DNA of 63,489 nucleotides, filler included, from Actinomycetota bacterium (lineage in GTDB: Bacteria; Actinomycetota; CADDZG01; JAHWKV01; JAOPZY01): the NCBI GenBank assembly GCA_025963875.1. It is 4 parts of 4 records of this genome, joined end to end, with 100 filler letters (N's around TTAATTAATTAA, not from the genome) between each part and the next. Parts side by side here need not be neighbours in the genome. Positions count along the whole stretch, not along the records: positions 1 to 28,604 come from JAOPZY010000040.1; 3 more parts are not named here. One strand, 5' to 3'. Position 1 is the first letter of the stretch, and the number at the start of each line of letters is the position of its first letter. The notes beneath the pieces are model-generated. The model saw only the letters and a list, made by a program, of their open reading frames with translations. It did not search any database and was not told the DNA's origin. Position numbers and translations under genes: made by a program. Below, piece by piece: positions 1 through 9,034 of this stretch.

Positions 1-71
1 CGCCACTCCGTTGCCGACAACAGTGATCTGAGACGCGGTTTCCTGTGACGGCGAGCACCCGGGGCGACACC

Positions 72-2135
72 ATGGCGATGAGCAGCGGCACGCACACAAC
101 ACCGTCGCGGACGGCAACTGTCGCGCGTCCCCAGCCCCAACCGGTCCCGGCGCTCGACCCCCCGCCGGGCGAGAAGGTCTACCGGCCAGGACTTGACGGA
201 TTGCGCGCCCTCGCTGTGGTCGGCGTGCTGCTGTACCACGCAGGCGTCCACTGGATGCCCGGGGGTCTGCTGGGCGTCGACCTGTTCTTCGTCATCTCGG
301 GGTTCCTCATCACCTCGCTGCTCATCGCGGAGGTGCAGCGCTCGGGCGGCATCGCCCTGGCCGCCTTCTACGGGCGGCGGGCTCGACGGCTGCTGCCCGC
401 CCTGGCGGCCGTGGTCGCCTTCACGGTGGGCACCATGGCGCTGTTCCACCATGGAGACCTGGTCCGGTTCAAGAGCGACCTCCTCGCCTCGGTGGGCTAC
501 GTGACGAACTGGTGGTTCATCCTGCGGCACCAGTCCTATTTCGTGGCCAGCGGCCGCCCCTCCCCCTTCCAGCAACTCTGGTCGCTCGCGGTGGAGGAAC
601 AGTTCTACATCCTGTGGCCCCTTGGGTTTCTGGCCCTCTGGAGGAGCCTGACCCGGGCCAGGAGCCAGGCGGGAGCCCGTGGGCGGACTGCGGCCCGGAG
701 CCTCGCCCACGTTGGCTGGTACGCCGTCGGGGCGGCTTGCCTCTCCGCAGGGTGGATGGCGTTCATCGCCGTCCGCGAGAACCTGCCCTATGGAGCCGAC
801 TCCTCCCGGGTCTACTTCGGGACGGACACCCACGCCTCCGGGCTTCTGCTGGGGGTTGCGGCTGCGGCCTTCCTCGCTGCGGTGTACGGCCCACTCTGGC
901 AACAGCGCCCCGGTCCCGCCGCGCGGAGGGCATTCGACCTTGCAGGCGTGGTGGCCCTTGCCGCCGCCTCCTGGGCGATGCTGCGGACCAACGAATTCTC
1001 TCCTGGCCTGTACCGAGGGGGATTCTTCCTCTTCGCCGCCGCCGCTGCCGTCGCGGTGACGGCGGTCAGCCGCCCGGGGGGTGTCCTGGCGGGGGTCTTC
1101 GGCTCGAAGCCGGGCCGCTGGATCGGCACCCGTTCCTACGGGTTGTACCTGTGGCACTGGCCCGTGTTCGTCTACACCCGCCCGCAACTGGACGTTCCGC
1201 TCACGGGGGCGGCGAACGTCCTCCTGCGCCTGGCCTTGACCGTCGCCCTCGCCGAGGCGAGCTACCGGTTGGTGGAGCGACCCCTTCGAACGGCCGGCCT
1301 GCAGCGACGTGCCGTCCGCATCTCTGGAGCGAACCGCAGCAGCACGGTGAATCTCAAGGTCAACAGACCGTGGCGGCGGATCCTCGCGACCTTGACCATG
1401 AGCGCCGGCGTCCTCGTCGGCTGCGCCGGGGTCCTCTCCCTCGGCTACGCCGTGTACCAGATCGCGGGCCAACCCGCGGAAGCCAGGCACCTGACGGTCA
1501 CCGCAGCGGCTTCCCGCAGCGGCTTGGCGGCCAGCCCCGCTCCAGCCCAGGCAGCGACGCCGATCACCGCGACGGTGAGCTCATCCGACGCCTCCCCGAC
1601 TCCCCGCACATCCGCCACGCCGGCACCTTCGCCAACTTCGTCGCCGACGCCGCTGCCCCTGCCGGACGGGCACGTCGTCACCGCCATCGGCGACTCGGTC
1701 ATGCTCGGCGCAATGGCCAGCCTCGACGAGGCTCTCCCCGGCGCCACGGTCGATGCGGTGGAGGGACGCCAGGCTTCGAGCGCCTTCACCCTTGTCGACG
1801 GCCTCATCAACGGCGGCCACCTCGGCGTTGACGTTGTGCTCCACATCGGCACGAACGGCACCATCGACCCCCAGGCGCTCGACGGCCTGCTCACGAAGCT
1901 GGCCAACCGGCAGGTCATCGTCTTGAACCTCCACGTCCCCCGGCCGTGGCAGGACGTGAACAACGTGACCCTGTCGGCAGCGGCCCGGAACCATCCCTCC
2001 GTCAGGCTGCTGGACTGGAACAGCGCCGCAGCAGCACATCCCGAGTGGCTGTGGGACGATGGGATCCACCTCCGGCCCGCGGGTGCGGTTGCCTACCGAG
2101 ACCTCATCCTCAACGCCCTCCGACACCAACCGTGA
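72..2135 (+). CDS. OatA/OafA-like acyltransferase-3 membrane protein with C-terminal SGNH domain
   Basis: AT3 motifs LDGLRALAV, GVDLFFVISGFLIT, RRARRLLP, WSLAVEEQFY, SYGLYLWHWP; Pro/Thr/Ser linker; SGNH motifs AIGDSVM, IGTNG, DGIH. Start could be 45, 72 or 78. Confidence 0.9.
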   Translation: MAMSSGTHTTPSRTATVARPQPQPVPALDPPPGEKVYRPGLDGLRALAVVGVLLYHAGVHWMPGGLLGVDLFFVISGFLITSLLIAEVQRSGGIALAAFYGRRARRLLPALAAVVAFTVGTMALFHHGDLVRFKSDLLASVGYVTNWWFILRHQSYFVASGRPSPFQQLWSLAVEEQFYILWPLGFLALWRSLTRARSQAGARGRTAARSLAHVGWYAVGAACLSAGWMAFIAVRENLPYGADSSRVYFGTDTHASGLLLGVAAAAFLAAVYGPLWQQRPGPAARRAFDLAGVVALAAASWAMLRTNEFSPGLYRGGFFLFAAAAAVAVTAVSRPGGVLAGVFGSKPGRWIGTRSYGLYLWHWPVFVYTRPQLDVPLTGAANVLLRLALTVALAEASYRLVERPLRTAGLQRRAVRISGANRSSTVNLKVNRPWRRILATLTMSAGVLVGCAGVLSLGYAVYQIAGQPAEARHLTVTAAASRSGLAASPAPAQAATPITATVSSSDASPTPRTSATPAPSPTSSPTPLPLPDGHVVTAIGDSVMLGAMASLDEALPGATVDAVEGRQASSAFTLVDGLINGGHLGVDVVLHIGTNGTIDPQALDGLLTKLANRQVIVLNLHVPRPWQDVNNVTLSAAARNHPSVRLLDWNSAAAAHPEWLWDDGIHLRPAGAVAYRDLILNALRHQP

Positions 2136-2881
2136 GCCGGCACATGGAAGAGACAGCTCCACGCCGTGATTGGCGACACGTCGCCCTTCTGGTCGCCATC
2201 CTGCTGACCGTGGTCCTCGCGACCGAGGGATCCCATGGGCCTGGGGCGTCGGTTCTCCCCGTCTCCACGACCATGCCTTCCCAAGCGTCGACCGAGCCGG
2301 CCCCGCAGTCCCAATCTCTGCTTGCCCGGACAGCCGCAGCTCCTCCTGCACAAGGCGGCCGCGACGTGACTGCCGTCGGCGACTCGATCATGGTCGACGC
2401 GATGCCCAACCTTCGCTCGGCTTTTCCCAACATGGCCATCGACGCGGTTGCCGGGCGACAGGTGGCCACCGGCCTCTCGGTGATGCAGACCCTGGCCAAC
2501 CTCGGCCGGTTGGAGGCGAACATCGTGGTCGAGCTCGGAACCAACGGCACCTTCACGCCGGCCCAGCTCGACCGGATTCTGTCCCTGGCCGGGGGCCGCC
2601 ACGTGGTGCTGCTCACCAACCATTGCGCCTACTGCATGTGGGTTCCGTCGAACAACGACCTGATGGCCACCCGTTGCACCGCAGCGCGCGCCTGCACGGT
2701 GGCCGACTGGGAGGCCCTGGCCGACCTCCACCCCGAGTGGTTCGGCAGGGACGGCGTCCACATGCCGATCGGCGGCGCCGGGGGCCAGGCCTTCGCCGAG
2801 CTCATCTCGAGAAGCCTCGGGGGGCGCATCGCCACCTCACATCTCGATCCCCTCCCGGTCCGCGCGGGCCGGCCAAGCTGA
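2132..2881 (+). CDS. Stand-alone membrane-anchored/secreted SGNH domain protein (OatA C-terminal-like)
   Basis: GTGA overlap with upstream stop (alternative ATG 2144); N-terminal hydrophobic helix; AVGDSIM, ELGTNG, DGVH motifs parallel the C-terminal domain of the upstream gene. Confidence 0.8.
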   Translation: MSRHMEETAPRRDWRHVALLVAILLTVVLATEGSHGPGASVLPVSTTMPSQASTEPAPQSQSLLARTAAAPPAQGGRDVTAVGDSIMVDAMPNLRSAFPNMAIDAVAGRQVATGLSVMQTLANLGRLEANIVVELGTNGTFTPAQLDRILSLAGGRHVVLLTNHCAYCMWVPSNNDLMATRCTAARACTVADWEALADLHPEWFGRDGVHMPIGGAGGQAFAELISRSLGGRIATSHLDPLPVRAGRPS

Positions 2882-2897
2882 GGCAGCGGGTTTCTCC

Positions 2898-2949
2898 ACT
2901 TCTGTGAGCATATGTTGACGCTATAACGTCAATATTTACTCACAGAAGT
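2898..2949. repeat. 52-bp AT-rich imperfect palindrome
   Basis: Arms 2898-2920 ACTTCTGTGAGCATATGTTGACG and 2927-2949 CGTCAATATTTACTCACAGAAGT are reverse complements at 20/23 positions; loop CTATAA. Confidence 0.85.
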
Positions 2950-3014
2950 TTCGCAGGCGTCGTCGTCGTCGAAAAGCCCCGGAAACGTCAGCGAACGCCA
3001 TAGGATGGCGGCCA

Positions 3015-4919
3015 ATGACCCTGGCCCGCCGTCGACGTTGCCCGCCCTTGCGTCGCACCATGGTCCTCATCGCTGCGGCATGCAGCCTGGCTCTGTTGCC
3101 AGCAGGTGCATCGGCCGAGGGCCACATCCGGGGCGATCTGCCTGCGGGCGGGACGCTGCAGCGGGTGTTCGCCACCGCCGCGAGCGAGTTCCACGTTCCG
3201 GAGGAGGTGCTGCTGGCGCTCTCCTACAACGTGTCGCGGTGGGAGTGGCACGCCGGCCCGAGCACCAGCGGCGGCTACGGCGTCATGCACCTCATCGACG
3301 TCGGTCAGCCACCTCCGTCCGGGGTCCCCGCCCTGCCCGCGGCGGCAGCCCTCCTCGGCAGCTCCGACGAGGCAGTTCGCACCGATGTGGGGGAGAACGT
3401 CCGGGCCGGAGCCGCGCTGCTTGCCCGCTACCAACGTGAGGCGACGGGGTCGCTTTCCACCGACCCGGGGCAGTGGTACGCGGCAATCGCCCGGTACAGC
3501 GGGTCTCCGGACGTGGCGGGGGCGGGCCTCTTCGCCGACGACGCCTACGAGACGATGACCTCGGGGGCCACGCACACGACGGCTGCGGGCGAGACCTTCG
3601 CCCTGCCGGCGGATCCGGCGGTGCATCCCGACCGCGCAGCCCTCGATCGGCTGCACCTGCAACCCTCGTCCCCCCGGGTCGCGGAGTGCCCGCAGCGCCT
3701 GCATTGCGACTTCGTTCCGGCCGCGTATGCCCAAACCGATCCGGCGGACAAGGGCTCGTACGGCAACTACGACACGGCGAAGCGTCCCGGGGACGGCAAC
3801 GCGATCCGCTTCATCGTCATCCACGACACCGAGCTTCCCTACGATGCCACGCTCCAGGCCTTCCAGAACCCGGCCACGGCGGGCAGCGCGCACTACCTCG
3901 TCCGGTCCTCCGACGGCCACGTGACGCAGGTCGTTCCGACAAAGGACGTCGCATGGCACGCCGGCAACTGGTACGTGAATGCGGAGTCGATCGGTATCGA
4001 ACACGAGGGCATCGCCGTGGAAGGGGCGACCTGGTACACGGAGGCGCTCTACCGGTCGTCGGCCCGCCTCGTGCGCTACCTCGCCGAACGCTTCGACATC
4101 CCTCTGGACCGCCGGCACATCTTCGGCCACGACGAGGTGGCCGGGCCGGTGCAGGGCCAGGTTGCCGGCATGCACTGGGATCCGGGCCCGTTCTGGGACT
4201 GGGATCACTACATGGAACTGGTCGGGGCACGGGGTGCCAGCGAGGCCGGCCTGCCTTCCCCGGGCGACGCCGTGACGATCACCCCCGGCTTCGCCCACAA
4301 CACCCCGCCGGTGACCAGCTGCGACGCCTCGGGCTGCCGGCAGCTCCCGGCGCAGCCGTCCAACTTCGTCTACCTCCGCTCCGCCGCAGCGCCGGACGCG
4401 CCCCTGCTCTCGGAGCCGGCCCTGCATCCCGACGGCTCGGCGGGGACCACGCAGATCAACGATTGGGGGGACAAGGCGGTCACCGGGCAGACCTTCGTCG
4501 TCGCCGACCAGCGGAGTGAATGGACCGCCATCTGGTATGGGGGGCGTGCGGCGTGGTTCGACAACCCCGACGGCACCTTGACGGCTCCTGCGGAAGGTCT
4601 CCTCACGGTGACGCCGCGGGGCGGCGCTCCCGTGGCGGTCTACGGGCGGGCCTACCCCGAGCCGTCCGACTTCCCTGCCGGCATCCCCACCCCAACGGTG
4701 GTCCCGCTCGACGCGAGGATGCTGCCCGGCCAGGCCTACACGGCTGACCGTGCGGTGCCCGCTGCCTACTACTACGCAAAGACGATCGATGCCAGCCTCC
4801 CGGGCGACCACACGGTCGTCCGTGGCGAGACGCTCTACTACCCGATCGAGTTCAACCACCGCCAGGCCTACGTCAAGCTGAGCGACGTGCGGCTTGCAGC
4901 ACCATCCCCAGACCATTGA
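3015..4919 (+). CDS. Secreted N-acetylmuramoyl-L-alanine amidase (Amidase_2) with N-terminal lysozyme-like domain
   Basis: Signal peptide; IVIHDTE, SAHYLV, AWHAGN, IGIEHEG, GHDEV, HWDPG motifs; N-terminal GGYGVMHL / NVRAGAALL lysozyme-like segment. Start may be 3060. Confidence 0.88.
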   Translation: MTLARRRRCPPLRRTMVLIAAACSLALLPAGASAEGHIRGDLPAGGTLQRVFATAASEFHVPEEVLLALSYNVSRWEWHAGPSTSGGYGVMHLIDVGQPPPSGVPALPAAAALLGSSDEAVRTDVGENVRAGAALLARYQREATGSLSTDPGQWYAAIARYSGSPDVAGAGLFADDAYETMTSGATHTTAAGETFALPADPAVHPDRAALDRLHLQPSSPRVAECPQRLHCDFVPAAYAQTDPADKGSYGNYDTAKRPGDGNAIRFIVIHDTELPYDATLQAFQNPATAGSAHYLVRSSDGHVTQVVPTKDVAWHAGNWYVNAESIGIEHEGIAVEGATWYTEALYRSSARLVRYLAERFDIPLDRRHIFGHDEVAGPVQGQVAGMHWDPGPFWDWDHYMELVGARGASEAGLPSPGDAVTITPGFAHNTPPVTSCDASGCRQLPAQPSNFVYLRSAAAPDAPLLSEPALHPDGSAGTTQINDWGDKAVTGQTFVVADQRSEWTAIWYGGRAAWFDNPDGTLTAPAEGLLTVTPRGGAPVAVYGRAYPEPSDFPAGIPTPTVVPLDARMLPGQAYTADRAVPAAYYYAKTIDASLPGDHTVVRGETLYYPIEFNHRQAYVKLSDVRLAAPSPDH

Positions 4920-4970
4920 GGCAAAACGGGTAAGGTCAGCTGGACCCGGTTCCGACGAAAGGAGGGGGGC

Positions 4971-6878
4971 GTGCGGCCGAGGAAGTTCGTTCCAATTGCG
5001 GCACTATTGTCTCTGGCAGGAACGCTCATGTCGGTGGGAGCACCACCCACGAGAGCACTGGCCTTCGATGTCAACAAGGCTCCCCTGATCCAGCGCCGCC
5101 TCCTGGATGGGCTCGCCGATGTGGAGCTCAATCCGGCTTCGGCCGCCAACCGCCCGGCGCCGATGGGAAGCTTCGCGCGCAGTGGCAACGACGGATGCAG
5201 CGCGCCGTTGCAGGGCAACGTCAAGGTCAACCAGAACTGCCTCAACATCTCCGACCCGGACCTCCAGGGACGTGGCCAGGCGCAGAACGAGACGTCGATC
5301 GCCGCCGACCCGCTGGACCCGAGTCACCTCGTGGCCAGCTTCAACGACTACCGCCGGGGCGACGGGAACTGCATCGGCTCCTACAGCCTCGACGGGGGCC
5401 GGTCGTGGTCGGACACGCTCCCGCCCATGGGATTCACGCGGGGAACGGCCTTCGGTTCCGCCCGGGAGTACTGGCAGGGAGGGGGCGACACCTCGGTCGC
5501 CTGGGACACGAAGGGGAATGCGTATTTCTCGTGCCAGGTGTTCCAGCGTGGCGCATCCGTCTCGCCCAACGCCGACCTTTCGAGCGCCTTCTATGTCTTC
5601 CGCTCGACGGCCAACCACAGTGCGTCCTGGAACTTCCCGGCCCGCCCGGTCATCGAGAGCCCCGACGTGTCGGGGACGGGGACGGCACCCTTCCTCGACA
5701 AGCAACTGATGACGGTGGACAGCCACCAGGGCAGTCCGTTCCAGGACCGTGTGTACGTGACCTGGACGACCTTCGAGGCCAGTGGGACTGCCTACATCTA
5801 CGAGGCCTACTCCACCGACTTCGCGGAGACCTTCAGCAAGCCCGTGCTCGTCAGCGCCGACAGCTCCCTCTGCGGCAACTCGTACCACCTGCCGACGCCC
5901 AATGGCCGGTGCAACGAGAACCAGTTCTCCCAGCCCTTCACCGGCACCGACGGGGCACTCTACGTGGCCTACGCCAACTTCAACAACCAGCAGACGGGGA
6001 CCGACAACCGCAGCCAGGTCCTGCTCGCCCGGTCCACGGACGGGGGGAAGTCATTCGGCGCTCCCGTGAAGGTGACCGACTACTACGACCTGCCCGACTG
6101 CCCCACGTACCAGAACGGGGCGGACCCGGCACGGGCCTGCGTCCCCGAGAAGGCGACGACGACGCACTCGATCTTCCGGGCTTCGAACTATCCGTCGGGG
6201 GCCGTTTCCCCCGCCGACCCATCGAAGATCGTGGTCACGATGGGGTCGTACATCAACGCCGCCTCCAACGAGTCCAACGGCTGCACCCCGGCAGGACTGG
6301 CTCCGGACGGCATCAACGCGTACACCGGCGTCAAGACCCCGGGGGCGTGCAACAACAAGATCCTGGTCAGCGTCTCGAACGACGGCGGCGCCACGTTCAA
6401 CGGGGCGTCGATCGATCCCCGCCAGATGCCGACGGCCAGCGGGCCCAAGCAGGCGACGTCGAGCCAGTGGTTCCAGTGGGCTGCGTTCGGCAACGACGGC
6501 CGCCTTGCCGTCTCGTACTACGACCGGCAGTACGGCGACGACGAGATGACCGGGTCCTCAGACATCTCTGTCGCAGGCTCGGCCGACATGCAGCACTTCG
6601 GTATCACCCGGGTGACCAGATCCTCGATGCCGCCCCCCACCGAGTTCAGCGGTACGTTCTGGGGTGACTACGCCGGACTGGCTGTGGTCTCCGGCCAGGC
6701 ATTCCCCCTCTGGAGCGACACGAGGACCCCCGACCTGTTCCTGTGTCCTGGGACGGGCACGCCTGGCGTGGCCCCGGCGGTGTGTACCGGCACCACGGCG
6801 ACGACCGGCCCCCAGGCCGGGTTGCTGGCCAACGACGAGGAGATCTTCGGCGCGGCGGTGCAAGTGCCCCAAGGGTGA
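4971..6878 (+). CDS. Secreted BNR/Asp-box beta-propeller (sialidase-like) protein
   Basis: RBS GGAGG; signal peptide; Asp-boxes SLDGGRSWS, STDFAETFS, STDGGKSFG, SNDGGATFN; QNETSIAADP and FWGDY motifs. Confidence 0.82.
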   Translation: MRPRKFVPIAALLSLAGTLMSVGAPPTRALAFDVNKAPLIQRRLLDGLADVELNPASAANRPAPMGSFARSGNDGCSAPLQGNVKVNQNCLNISDPDLQGRGQAQNETSIAADPLDPSHLVASFNDYRRGDGNCIGSYSLDGGRSWSDTLPPMGFTRGTAFGSAREYWQGGGDTSVAWDTKGNAYFSCQVFQRGASVSPNADLSSAFYVFRSTANHSASWNFPARPVIESPDVSGTGTAPFLDKQLMTVDSHQGSPFQDRVYVTWTTFEASGTAYIYEAYSTDFAETFSKPVLVSADSSLCGNSYHLPTPNGRCNENQFSQPFTGTDGALYVAYANFNNQQTGTDNRSQVLLARSTDGGKSFGAPVKVTDYYDLPDCPTYQNGADPARACVPEKATTTHSIFRASNYPSGAVSPADPSKIVVTMGSYINAASNESNGCTPAGLAPDGINAYTGVKTPGACNNKILVSVSNDGGATFNGASIDPRQMPTASGPKQATSSQWFQWAAFGNDGRLAVSYYDRQYGDDEMTGSSDISVAGSADMQHFGITRVTRSSMPPPTEFSGTFWGDYAGLAVVSGQAFPLWSDTRTPDLFLCPGTGTPGVAPAVCTGTTATTGPQAGLLANDEEIFGAAVQVPQG

Positions 6879-6917
6879 TCTGAGATGCCCGGTTCGACTC
6901 CGGGAAGACTGAGAGGC

Positions 6918-7313
6918 GTGAAGGCGTACGGCAGGCTGACCCGGCTGGGTGTGGCTGTGACCCTGGTGCTCGTTGCTGCGGGCTGTGGCCGGGGCGTGGT
7001 GCACTCCGTGGCGCCCATGGTGTCCCCACCGGCCAGCCCTCCAGCGCGGTCCGCGCCGGCTCCCGCCGGCGTGGCCACGCCAGCACCCCGGCCGGTTCCG
7101 GCGCCGGCAACGACCGGGGTGCCGGGCGCACAGCCGGGGTCCGCTTCGAGGGCGGGCGGCGCCGTGGTTGTCGTTCCAGGCGTTCCGACCGCGACCGTCA
7201 CCGCGACAGCGACTCCTGCTCCGATTCCGCAGTCTTCCCAGCAGGCGGCGATCCCGGTGAGCTGCGGCCCCCACACCAGCGGCCATGCGGCGCCGGAGTG
7301 CCCCCCGGGATAA
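6918..7313 (+). CDS. Pro/Ala-rich putative lipoprotein
   Basis: GTG after GAGAGG; hydrophobic stretch ending LVAAGC (lipobox); low-complexity remainder. Confidence 0.55.
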   Translation: MKAYGRLTRLGVAVTLVLVAAGCGRGVVHSVAPMVSPPASPPARSAPAPAGVATPAPRPVPAPATTGVPGAQPGSASRAGGAVVVVPGVPTATVTATATPAPIPQSSQQAAIPVSCGPHTSGHAAPECPPG

Positions 7314-7330
7314 CAATTGGCCGGACCGGC

Positions 7331-7975
7331 TCAGTCACAGGTGCCATTCTCGAGGAGCTCACGCAACTCTCGCAGGCAACGGGCCCTCGTGGGGCCGATG
7401 CTGCCGATCGGCATGCCGGTCAGCGTCGCGATTTCCTGGTAGCTGGGCTGGGGATCGGCAAACAGCAGCCGCAACAGCAATTGTGAACGTACGGGCAGCA
7501 CCGAGAACGCTCTCCACAGCTCTTCGCTTTGGGTACACCTCAGCATGCTCTCGGCGGGTTGATCGGAGAAGTCGCCGTCCAGGGGCTCGCTCAGGGTGGC
7601 CTCCTCCACCGGAACCTCCCGCTGTCTCCGTCTGATGACGGCAAGGGACTCGCGACCGGCGGTCGTGGCAAGCCAGGCACCAACTCGCTCGGGTTCGCGC
7701 AGGCGGTCGATGTGCTCTGCCAGACGAAGCCACGTGGTCTGGCTGACGTCGGCGGCATCCTGTTGACTGAGTCGGTAGCTTCGGGCCACGGACCAGACAA
7801 GCGGCGCGAACCTGTCGACAAGCGCCGACCAGGCGCCCGAGTCGCCACCTGAGGCATCCCGCACGAGCTGCGCCGGCTCACGATGATCCTTCTGGAGCTC
7901 CGGCGATAAAGAGTTGCCGTGGCCAACATGACCGCCGAGAATCGATGCTTCCATCGAATTCATCCCCTTCCCCAT
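7331..7975 (-). CDS. ECF RNA polymerase sigma factor
   Basis: Region 2 DAADVSQTTWLRL...AWLATTA; region 4 PSYQEIATLTGMPIGSIGPTRARCL. Start uncertain (7975/7963/7954). Confidence 0.88.
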   Translation of the reverse strand: MGKGMNSMEASILGGHVGHGNSLSPELQKDHREPAQLVRDASGGDSGAWSALVDRFAPLVWSVARSYRLSQQDAADVSQTTWLRLAEHIDRLREPERVGAWLATTAGRESLAVIRRRQREVPVEEATLSEPLDGDFSDQPAESMLRCTQSEELWRAFSVLPVRSQLLLRLLFADPQPSYQEIATLTGMPIGSIGPTRARCLRELRELLENGTCD

Positions 7976-8233
7976 GAGGTCCCGATGGAGGATCTTTCCT
8001 GCCGTATCACATCCTCCTGCCGCCCAGCAATGGCGACAGTCATGAAGAGCACAGTGGGAGTGTTAGCGTCCTTCCACAATTCGGGCATGTGTCCAGCATC
8101 GGCCCGGCGGAACGCCACTACATCTGCCATCTGGCATACATCGGGAACGGATCTGTGAGGAATTCGCAGGACCTTTGCCTCCCAACGGGTAGCAACCGTG
8201 CAGGAACCGGCAGTCTGAAAGGAGCTCGTAGCG

Positions 8234-8899
8234 TTGGCTCGCCAAGGGGAGTGGCCGGTGCTAGAAGGCTTGGACGCTGTTGCCCGAACGAGCCTTCTGC
8301 AGCGATCCGCCCGGAGAACGTTTGATCGCCACGAGGTGATCTTTCACGAGAACGACCCCGGAGACACGTTTCACCTGGTCGTGCAGGGGCTCGTCGAGAT
8401 TCAAATCACGACCCCACTCGGCGATGTCGCAACCCTCGCCATCCTGGGCCGCGGTGACTTCTTCGGGGAGTTGGCCCTCCTCCTGCCCGGCGGCAGGCGC
8501 ACTGCCACTGCGCGCGCGCTGGAGCCGGTCCAGACCTGGATGGTCAGCAGGGAAGCCTTTGAGGAGTTGTGCCGCGAGCACCCAGCCGTCGCCAGGTTCT
8601 TGACCAACGCCCTCGCGATCAAGGTCCGGAACCTCAGCGCGCAGGTGGTCGAGGCCCTCTACGTGCCGGCAGACAGACGCGTCCTTCGCAGGCTTCTGGA
8701 GGTAGTCGATGTGTTCAGGCGCGACGGGGGAGGCCTCGTAGTGACGCTGACGCAGGACAATCTGGCCAACCTTGCCGGCACAGCCCGTCCCACGGTCAAC
8801 CAGGTCTTGAAGAAGGCCGAACAGGCAGGCCTCGTGTCCGTCGGTCGCGGGCATGTGACCATCCTCGACTACGAAGGCCTGGTCCGGAAGGCTCGCTGA
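8234..8899 (+). CDS. Crp/Fnr-family regulator with cNMP-binding domain
   Basis: IFHENDPGD, phosphate-binding cassette FFGELALL...RTATARA, HTH LTQDNLANLAGTARPTVNQVL. Confidence 0.92.
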   Translation: MARQGEWPVLEGLDAVARTSLLQRSARRTFDRHEVIFHENDPGDTFHLVVQGLVEIQITTPLGDVATLAILGRGDFFGELALLLPGGRRTATARALEPVQTWMVSREAFEELCREHPAVARFLTNALAIKVRNLSAQVVEALYVPADRRVLRRLLEVVDVFRRDGGGLVVTLTQDNLANLAGTARPTVNQVLKKAEQAGLVSVGRGHVTILDYEGLVRKAR

Positions 8900-9034
8900 T
8901 CAGAAGGAGGCCTTCGGGCGTGATCAAGGTCCTCTGGCCTGGAGGCGGTGCGGAGTTCTACAATACCCGATGTTTGCACGAATTGAACGGACTTCACCGG
9001 TGCCGCCCTTTACGACGGGACCCAGACTGGGGGA

